Origin: Opitutales bacterium
Lineage (GTDB): Bacteria; Verrucomicrobiota; Verrucomicrobiia; Opitutales; UBA953
Assembly: GCA_964203605.1 (NCBI GenBank)
Contig: CAXNMQ010000007.1
Location: forward strand, 5,342 to 69,341
Direction of reading: 5' to 3'
DNA: 64,000 nt
Shown: piece by piece, positions 57,166 through 64,000 of the stretch
Layout: each line of letters starts with the position of its first letter
How positions within the stretch are numbered: position 1 is the first letter of the stretch
Position numbers and translations under genes: made by a program
Notes under the pieces: generated by a model
Told to the model about the DNA's origin: nothing
Databases searched by the model: none
Seen by the model: only the letters and a program-made list of their open reading frames with translations

Positions 57166-58746
57166 TTATTTGGCCTTGGCCTTGCCTTTGGCGGCGGGAG
57201 CGGGGGCGGGAATCGGCGCCCAATCGTCGGTACGGAAGGGCGAAGCGGGGAGATCGGCGACGTTCACGAGGTTGGTCTCCGGATTGTCGAGCCAAGCGTA
57301 ACGCAGCGCGACTGGGGCGGCGACATCCGGGCTGGTCACGATGAGCTTGGCGCCATCGATCTTGGCGCTCGCCGGCTTCCACTGCTTGTCGACGCCGGCA
57401 AGCTGGAGGCCTTTGACGGCACCGCCATCGCGGGTCTTCAGGCCGTCGGCATGGGAGAGGGTGACGATGACTTCGGCGCCTTTGATCTCATGGCTGGCGG
57501 GCAGCGGGCCGCTGGTGGCGGCGACCTTCTTGCCGTACACCGTGCCGAGGGCCCAGAGGGAAAGGCGCCGGCCGACTTCCTGCTTGTTGGCCGGGTGGAT
57601 GTTGCCGACATCACCGATATCGATCGCGATGGCCATGCCTGTGTGGGGTAAAGCCAGCGTCTTCAGCATCGATTCGCGGATCAGCGGCCAGCCTTCCCCG
57701 GCGCGTTTAAAATTGGGAAGCTGGACCCAGGCGAAGGGTAGCGCCTCATCGCCCCAGCGAGCGCGCCAATCTGTGACGAGCGCGGACAGCTGATGGACGT
57801 AGAGTGTGGCGCGGCTGTCGGTCGAGTTTGCTTCGCCTTGGTACCAGAGCATGCCTTTGAGCGTGAAAGGCACGAGCGGGGCGACCTTGCCGTTGAACAA
57901 CCCGCCGTAGTTTCCTTTACGTTCACTGACGTCGGCGGCGTTGCGGGGTGGGCGGGGTGCCTTCTTGCCTTCGGCGAGGGCCTTGGCTTTGGCGGCCTTG
58001 AATTTCTCCACCGCGGCGGCGTACTCGGCCTTCGCCTTTTCTGGGTCGACCTTGGGCATGGCGTCGCTCTGGGCTTTCAAGGCGGCGCTAAGCTCGAGCT
58101 TCGTCTCTTGGACTTCTGGAGCAATCCAGGACTCGATGGGTGTGCCACCGACGGAGGTGTTGATCAGCCCTACCGGGACGCCGACTTCGCGATGGATTTC
58201 GCGGCCGAAGAAGTAGAGGACGGCGGAGAAGCCGCCGACGTTGTCGGGAGTGCACGCGAGCCACTTGCCCTTCGCCTGGGCTTGCACGGCGGTGGCGGTG
58301 CCAGACTCTTCCTTGAAATGACGAATCAGTGGGAAGGTCGCGGCGGCCTTCTCTTTCTCGAAATCTTTCGCGCGATTGACGGTCATCGCCATGTTCGACT
58401 GGCCGGAACCGAGCCAGACGTCGCCGACGAGTACGTCGGAGACCTCGGCCTTGCGGTCATCCTTGCCCTTGGCGGTGAGCTTGCGGCTTTCGGCGCTGGC
58501 CGTCAGCGGCTCGAGGCGGAGCGACCATTTGCCGGACGCATCAGCTTTGGCATTCTTCTTTTGGCCAGCGAACTCGACGATGATCTCTTCGTCGGCATCA
58601 GCCCAGCCCCAGACCGCGATGGGCTTGTCGCGTTGGAGGACCATGTGGTCGGAGAAGACGGCCGGTAGCTTCAGGTCGGCGGCGGAGAGGGCCTGGCAGA
58701 CGGCGAGGCAGAGCAGGGTGAGCAGGGGCGTGCGCAGAGGGGGCAT
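57166..58746 (-). CDS. sialate O-acetylesterase-like carbohydrate esterase (SGNH-type)
   Basis: 526-aa ORF with ATG at 58746. Signal peptide; FSDHMVLQRDKPIAVWGWA; GDVWLGSGQSNM; WYQGEAN, characteristic of the 9-O-acetylesterase family. Confidence 0.85.
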   Translation of the reverse strand: MPPLRTPLLTLLCLAVCQALSAADLKLPAVFSDHMVLQRDKPIAVWGWADADEEIIVEFAGQKKNAKADASGKWSLRLEPLTASAESRKLTAKGKDDRKAEVSDVLVGDVWLGSGQSNMAMTVNRAKDFEKEKAAATFPLIRHFKEESGTATAVQAQAKGKWLACTPDNVGGFSAVLYFFGREIHREVGVPVGLINTSVGGTPIESWIAPEVQETKLELSAALKAQSDAMPKVDPEKAKAEYAAAVEKFKAAKAKALAEGKKAPRPPRNAADVSERKGNYGGLFNGKVAPLVPFTLKGMLWYQGEANSTDSRATLYVHQLSALVTDWRARWGDEALPFAWVQLPNFKRAGEGWPLIRESMLKTLALPHTGMAIAIDIGDVGNIHPANKQEVGRRLSLWALGTVYGKKVAATSGPLPASHEIKGAEVIVTLSHADGLKTRDGGAVKGLQLAGVDKQWKPASAKIDGAKLIVTSPDVAAPVALRYAWLDNPETNLVNVADLPASPFRTDDWAPIPAPAPAAKGKAKAK

Positions 58747-58798
58747 GCCTATCTAACAGCCAGACCGATGAGGAGTTGCGAAAAAACCGCCCAAGGGG

Positions 58799-61473
58799 TC
58801 ACTTTAAGGTCTTAATATAAAGAATCAGCGAGTCGATCTGCGCGATCTGATAGCACCCCGGCAAAGCTAGGCATGGCGAATTCCGACTTCATGAAGGAGG
58901 CATGCTTCTTGGCGTTAGGCTCGAGGATGGATTCTCGTAGGTAGCGCGCATCCGCGACGAGCGAACCTTTCTTGCCCTTGTCGGTCACGTAATCGCGCTT
59001 GGAGCCAAAGAGGCCTTTCCAACTCGGGCCGACGTTGCTCATCGCAGTCTCGCCGACGGAGTGGCAGGCGATGCAGCCGAACATGGTGGCGAGGCGTTTC
59101 CCTTCTTCGGCAGAGACGATCTCGGCCTTCTTCGCCGCCGCGGCACGCGGGGTGAGGTCGATGTCGATCGGGCCAAAGCCTTCGGCGACGGGGTCGAATT
59201 TCGTGAACTCGTACGGCGTCGTGTAGGCGTTCTGACGCATCTCGGCGCCGGTGGCGGACGCGATGCCCCAGCCGATCCGCAGCTGTTCGACGGGTTTCAG
59301 TCCGGGGACGCCGATGAAGACGCTCTTACCGTCTGTGGCTCAGGTAGGCGCTGCTGGCCGTGAGCCAATCGTTGCCGGTCTTGCCATCGGCCTTGTATTG
59401 GGCTGAGCCGTAGGTGTGGGCCCGCTTGTAGTGCCACGTCGCGAAGGAGTAGTTGTCGGGACTCGTGGCCTTGGCCGAATCGAGGGCGACGTCGAAGCGG
59501 AGCAGGATGCCGCGGTCCGTCGGGATGACTTCGCGGGGCGTCAGCGAAGGGGCCCCGGTGTGTCGCACGCGTTCGATGCCGGTGAGCGTCTTCAGCGTGT
59601 TGCCCCAGCCGGCAATCTGGAAGCCGGCGATGTACAGCTGGCCGTCGGCCGGATTGACCGAGCCGTTGAGGGGCGGGGTGGCGAAGTCGCTGGCGATGCT
59701 GACGACGCTGGCCTGCGGGCGGGAGCCGCGATGATTCCAGAGCACGCGGAGGAGGTCGGGCTGGTTGAAGCAGATCTGCAGCATCTCGTCGTTGAGCGGT
59801 CCCATCTTGGCGTCGAAGAGCCAGACCTGCGAGAGGGCGGAGGCGTTGACGGCGTGGGGAATCCAGGTGAGCGGCTCGGCGATGGGGGCGGGATATTTCT
59901 GCTTGGGTAGCTTGTCGCTCAGGAAGCCGTAGAACTGGGCGTCCTTGACGATGTGGATCGGCGTGCTGGGGATGTACTGCCCCTGCTGGTCGCTGGCGAT
60001 GACGAGACCCGTGCGCGGATGGACCGACAGGTTGGGCTGGCGGAAGCCATAGCCGAGCAGGGTGGCCGTCTGCCCGTCGGCAGAGACACGGAGGATGCTG
60101 CCGTTGTGCTTACCGATGGTCGTCGCTTCCTGGCCACCTTTGCCGATGACGAACTCGCCTTTCGGGGCGAGGCGGATCGTGCTGGGGAATTCGCGCATGT
60201 CGGCGGTCTGGGCGAAGGCGTTCGAGAAGAGCTCATGGACGTCGGCTTCACCGTCGCCGTTCGTATCGCGGAGTCGCCAGATGCCATTGCGGTCGAAGAC
60301 GTAAATCTGTTCGTCGCGGATGGCGCAGGTCATCGGCTCGTGCAGTCCGGAGGCGAAACGGCGCCAGGTGACGTCGGTGGCGCCCTCCTTGAGTCCGCGG
60401 GCGAGCCAGACATCGCCGTCGAGGGTGACGACAACCGCCGTGCCATCTTTGAGGAATTGAATGTCACCGGTACGCACGGCGCGCTTCCATGGGTTGTCGA
60501 CGGGGAGGGCGACGTGGTCGATGACGTAGGTGTCCTTGGCGGAACTGAGGGCGACCTTGGTTGTGACCGAGGATTTCCATCGGCGTGAAGTCGGTCCGGC
60601 GGGGATGGCGACCGCGGCGATACTGGGGGCGGGGTGTTCATCGCAGAGCGAGACACAGATCGCGGCCGCGGCCGCGTTGGCGGGAACCTTGACCGTAAAG
60701 AAGTCGTCGTCAGGGATGAGTTCGGCCGGGCCGCTGACCGTAACGCCGGTCTCGAGTTCTTGGGACGGGCCTTGGTGGCGGGCGCCGACGACGAGGAGCA
60801 GGTCCTTCGTATGGGCAGAGACGGCGAGATGGCGTTCGATGACGATTTGGCCGTCATGTTCGGAAGTCTTCCAGAGCTCGCGGATAGTCGCATCGGCGAC
60901 GCGATAGGTGAGGACGACATCTTGTCCGACGAGTTCGACGGATTGGAATTGGCCGAGCGACGTCGGGATAGGACCGCGGCCGACTTCCTCGGGCGAAGGG
61001 GCGGGGGAGCGCGGGTCGGTGTGGTCGACCGTGGCACCGAGCTGCCAACCGGGGACGATGGCGTGGCCGAGCCAGAGTTTGCCTTCGGGTTGCGGCGCTG
61101 GGAACTGGCCGCCGAGTGTCTTGCGGCTGGGGTCGTGATAGGAGCCGGGTGCGAGGGCTTTGTCGCTCACGCCTTTACCACGCCAGACGGCGGAGACGCG
61201 GAGTAGGTCGGTGTCAAAGCAGGCCCAGGTGTCATGGGGTAGCTTGATGATGATCCCGCGTGGCGTGAGGTTGTTCTTACCGAGTCCGTCCCGGCGTGCG
61301 TCGAGGATCGAGGAGAAGAAAGGGAAGTCGGCTTCTACCCAAGTGCCCCAAGGCTGCGGGGCGTAGGACATGGTCTTACGGCCTTCGCGTGGCGCAGTTT
61401 TTTTCACCGGCTCGGCCGCGAGACAGCTCAGCGCGCCGAGGAGCAGGGTGAGGATGAGCCGGCTGACGATCAT
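58799..61473 (-). pseudogene. large secreted protein with a C-terminal mono-haem cytochrome c domain (PVC-type haem-binding protein), two +1 frame breaks
   Basis: ORF 59326..61512 (ATG at 61473 gives the signal peptide MIVSRLILTLLLGALSCLAAEP). It joins ORF 58812..59240 across about 59333-59342 (...SSAYLS|DGKSVFIGVPGLKPVEQL...). Haem motif GCIACHSVGE. A last break at about 58835-58850 restores the typical ending ...GVLSDRQIDSLILYIKTLK stop at 58799. Confidence 0.8.
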
Positions 61474-61541
61474 GGGTGGGTAAGGGGTAGCCCTCGCCCT
61501 GATAAAAGGCAATAAGACCTACTCGAGATCCAGTGAAAACC

Positions 61542-63632
61542 TCAGAGTCCCTGCAACCAGCGGAGGAAGCTGCCTTCCTCGGAGACCATGATGCGGAGTA
61601 AATCGCTCCGTTCGTCAGTCCAGGGGAGGACGCGGGCCGAGAACTCCACGTGCTCCTTTGTCACGTCGAGCAGGAGCGGCTGCTTCAGCAAGGCTTGATT
61701 ACGCGTCATGATGATCCAGTCCGAGCCATAGAAGCCAGCGTCCTCGTAGGCCGTGTCGTTGTCGTCGATGGTAATAGCCGGGAAGCCGATCTTCTCTGCG
61801 ATGCGGTAGACCACGGGGTGGAGGTCGAGGTAGCGGTTCGAGACGTGGATCACGATGGCACCGTCAGGCTTGAGGTGGCGCTGGTAGGTCGCGAAGGCCT
61901 CCAGCGTGAGCAGGTGGACCGGAATCGCGTCGCTGCTGAAGGCGTCGAGGATGATCATGTCGTACTGCTGATCAGGTTCCCCTTCCATGCGGAGGCGAGC
62001 ATCGCCCATGACGAGTTCCGTCTTTGCCTTGGAGTCTTTCAGGTAGGTGAACGTGCTCGTCGCGAGCCGCGCCACGTCGTCATTGATTTCGTAGAAGCGG
62101 AACGTGTCGCCCTGGCGTCCCCAGGCGGCGAGGGTGCCGGAGCCGAGGCCGACGGCGCCGACGCGGCGTCCGCCTTCGGGCTTGATGGTGCGCAGAAGTC
62201 GCCCGACGCCGCTGGTCGAGGTGTAGTAACTGCTGGGGTTGGTGCGTTTCTCGGGGTCGACGTATTGGAGTCCGTGGATCGTCGCGCCGTGCTGCAGCGT
62301 GAGATGATGCAGTTCGGGGTTACCGGCATCGTTCTCGATGACCTTGAGCACACCGTAGAAACCGCGGGTGACCGAGAGGGCGCCCCGCAAGGACGTCGCG
62401 GCGACGTCGTACAGGCCGTAACCGAAGGCCGGGAGGAGCAGGAGTAGGACGGCCCAGCCCCAGCGGCCGCGGCCCTTCTGCAGGAAGCTCGTAGCGTCTT
62501 GGCGGAGGACGCCCAGCACGAGCGCCGCCGTGAGGAAGAGCGCGAGGTGGAGTTCAAAGTAATCCAGGAAGATGAACGGGGCCACGAGGGCGACGAAGAG
62601 TCCGCCCGCCGCCCCGCCGGCGGAGATAGAAAGGTAATAGCTGGTCAGGCGGCTGGCCCCTGGTCGCAGGCGGAAGACCTCGCCGTGGCAGACCATGCAC
62701 GCGACGAACATCGTGCCGAGGTAAAGCGTGGCGAGCGGCGTAATGTTCGGGTGTGATTCCGCCTGATTGAGGTTATACAGCACCATGCCGAGCAGCGCGG
62801 CGAGGAGGGGCAACCAGACGGCGCGGTGATACCAGCGCGGGCTGTCGAAGCTGATGATGAACGAGAGCAGGTATAGGCTGAGCGGCAGGACCCAGAGGAA
62901 GGGCACGACGGCGATGTCTTGGCAGAGCTTATTGGTGATCGCGAGGAGTAGCATCACGCCACATGCGGGCAGGGCGAACCAGAGCAGCTTACGGCTCATC
63001 GAGGGAGCTTCTTCCGCGTCGTCCGCGATGGCCGCTTTCGTATCGGCGCCGGCGCTCTTCCAGACCTTGTAACCGCACCAGCCGGCGAGGCCGGCGTAGA
63101 GGGCGAGGCCGATGGACCACCAGTTGGCCTGAGCCTGACGGGCGAGCTGAGGTTCGAGCACGAACGGATATGCCAGGAGCGCGAGGAGGGAGCCGATGTT
63201 TGAGAGGGCGTAGAGACGATAGGGCGAGACGCCGGGGTTCGCCTTGCTGAACCAAGCCTGCAAGAGCGGCCCGGTAGCCGAGAGCACGAGATAGGGCAGG
63301 CCGAGGCAGGCCAAGAGTAGCAGTAGGATGTGTCCAGCGGCATTGGAACCGTCGGTCGGCTTCCATTGGTCGCCTGGGGTGATCGGGAGCAGGGCCACCG
63401 CGAGCGCCAAGAGGCAGAGGTGGGTGATGACCTGACGGCGAGGGGTGAGGCGGCTGATGCTGAAGTGGGCGTAGGCGTAGCCGCCGAGGAGCAGGACCTG
63501 GAAGAACAGCATGCAGGTCGTCCAGACGGCAGGCCCGCCGCCGAACCAGGGGAGGATGAAGCGCGCGATCAGCGGCTGGACGAGGAAGAGCAGGCAGGCT
63601 CCCCAGAAGATGGTCAGGCTGAAAGCGAACAT
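61542..63632 (-). CDS. fused polytopic membrane domain + spermidine-synthase-like (class I methyltransferase fold) protein
   Basis: 696-aa ORF with ATG at 63632. About 8-10 TM helices in the first 420 aa, then VGAVGLGSGTLAAW...YDMIILDAFSSDAIPVHLLT (aminopropyltransferase-like motifs). Confidence 0.8.
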   Translation of the reverse strand: MFAFSLTIFWGACLLFLVQPLIARFILPWFGGGPAVWTTCMLFFQVLLLGGYAYAHFSISRLTPRRQVITHLCLLALAVALLPITPGDQWKPTDGSNAAGHILLLLLACLGLPYLVLSATGPLLQAWFSKANPGVSPYRLYALSNIGSLLALLAYPFVLEPQLARQAQANWWSIGLALYAGLAGWCGYKVWKSAGADTKAAIADDAEEAPSMSRKLLWFALPACGVMLLLAITNKLCQDIAVVPFLWVLPLSLYLLSFIISFDSPRWYHRAVWLPLLAALLGMVLYNLNQAESHPNITPLATLYLGTMFVACMVCHGEVFRLRPGASRLTSYYLSISAGGAAGGLFVALVAPFIFLDYFELHLALFLTAALVLGVLRQDATSFLQKGRGRWGWAVLLLLLPAFGYGLYDVAATSLRGALSVTRGFYGVLKVIENDAGNPELHHLTLQHGATIHGLQYVDPEKRTNPSSYYTSTSGVGRLLRTIKPEGGRRVGAVGLGSGTLAAWGRQGDTFRFYEINDDVARLATSTFTYLKDSKAKTELVMGDARLRMEGEPDQQYDMIILDAFSSDAIPVHLLTLEAFATYQRHLKPDGAIVIHVSNRYLDLHPVVYRIAEKIGFPAITIDDNDTAYEDAGFYGSDWIIMTRNQALLKQPLLLDVTKEHVEFSARVLPWTDERSDLLRIMVSEEGSFLRWLQGL

Positions 63633-63719
63633 GGCGGGGTACGTGTTTGGAACCCCGCTGTGAGGCGAAGGTTAGGGCAAAGAAGGGCTAGGTCCTCGCC
63701 TCCCTCATGGCAACCCCGT

Positions 63720-64000
63720 TCAGGCCCGCGGGTGGAACTTCAGCACCAGCGACTCATACCCGAGCTTACGCTCGTAGTCATGCTCGGTCTCCGTGCGTTC
63801 CTCGGCCGAGACGATCTCCATCGAGTCCACCAGCTCGACGCACTTTTGCAGTAGGGTACGCACAATCAGGCGGGCGTGCGGGGCGCCGAGGCAGAGGTGT
63901 TCGCCGAAGCCGAACGACAGGTGTGGGTTCGGTTTGCGGTCGATCTTGAACTCGTCGGCCTGCGGGAAGACGGACTCATCGCGGTTGGCGGAAGCCCAGC
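63720..64000 (-). CDS. cytochrome P450, C-terminal fragment (gene continues beyond the window)
   Basis: Hand translation of the reverse strand: ...WASANRDESVFPQADEFKIDRKPNPHLSFGFGEHLCLGAPHARLIVRTLL... stop (TGA at 63720-63722). FGFGEHLCLG is the P450 Cys-haem ligand signature FxxGxHxCxG. Confidence 0.85.
   Translation of the reverse strand, partial: WASANRDESVFPQADEFKIDRKPNPHLSFGFGEHLCLGAPHARLIVRTLLQKCVELVDSMEIVSAEERTETEHDYERKLGYESLVLKFHPRA

Overview
This is a 64-kb, high-GC (about 63-65% by eye) chromosomal segment. The gene content points to a PVC-superphylum bacterium, most likely Verrucomicrobiota: two DUF1501 + PSCyt/DUF1549/DUF1553 pairs, four sulfatase-fold genes, a PATR-type autotransporter, TAT-signal Gfo/Idh/MocA and DUF1080. 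That assignment is inference only.

I can support about 53 protein-coding loci and one tRNA-Pro(GGG). I saw no rRNA, CRISPR array, transposase, integrase or phage genes.

Main blocks:
- hemF-hemE-hemH operon (0.6-3.6 kb).
- Two DUF1501/PSCyt-DUF1553 pairs flanking an aminotransferase (4-15 kb).
- Pectate lyase, maf, a TonB-like gene, rluA-family, and a GNAT-nitrilase-SnoaL trio (15-21.5 kb).
- A 9.5-kb co-directional MoxR / DUF58 / VWA (Bat-like) cluster with extra large and repetitive proteins (21.6-31.2 kb). This is the best candidate here for a multi-gene system of unknown function.
- A heavily disrupted autotransporter (31.2-34.6 kb).
- A Ni/Co-efflux-like gene, an oxidoreductase, a BNR sialidase-like gene and aspS (34.8-40.7 kb).
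- An SNF transporter plus a small TM ORF, a DEAD-box helicase and DUF2256 with an FeS-type photolyase (42.5-48.1 kb).
- A minus-strand sulfatase/esterase cluster with an embedded tRNA (48-58.7 kb).
- A cytochrome-c-tailed protein, a membrane-fused spermidine-synthase-like protein and a P450 fragment (58.8-64 kb).

Two window-wide observations stand out:
1. At least 20 reading-frame breaks occur in otherwise recognisable genes. Every one I could phase, with one uncertain exception, is a net +1 extra nucleotide. That argues for systematic insertion errors in the sequence rather than real pseudogenes.
2. A family of short G3/C3-tract motifs (GGGCTAGGG, CAGGGA, TTAGGG-like) recurs in intergenic DNA, usually C-rich on the sense strand just upstream of the first gene of a transcription unit. 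No Shine-Dalgarno tracts are visible, and CC often sits directly before the ATG.

The ORF track prints TTG and GTG starts as M, so I moved several starts to in-frame ATGs with signal peptides or conserved N-termini. All family assignments come from motif recognition by eye. No HMM or BLAST search was possible.
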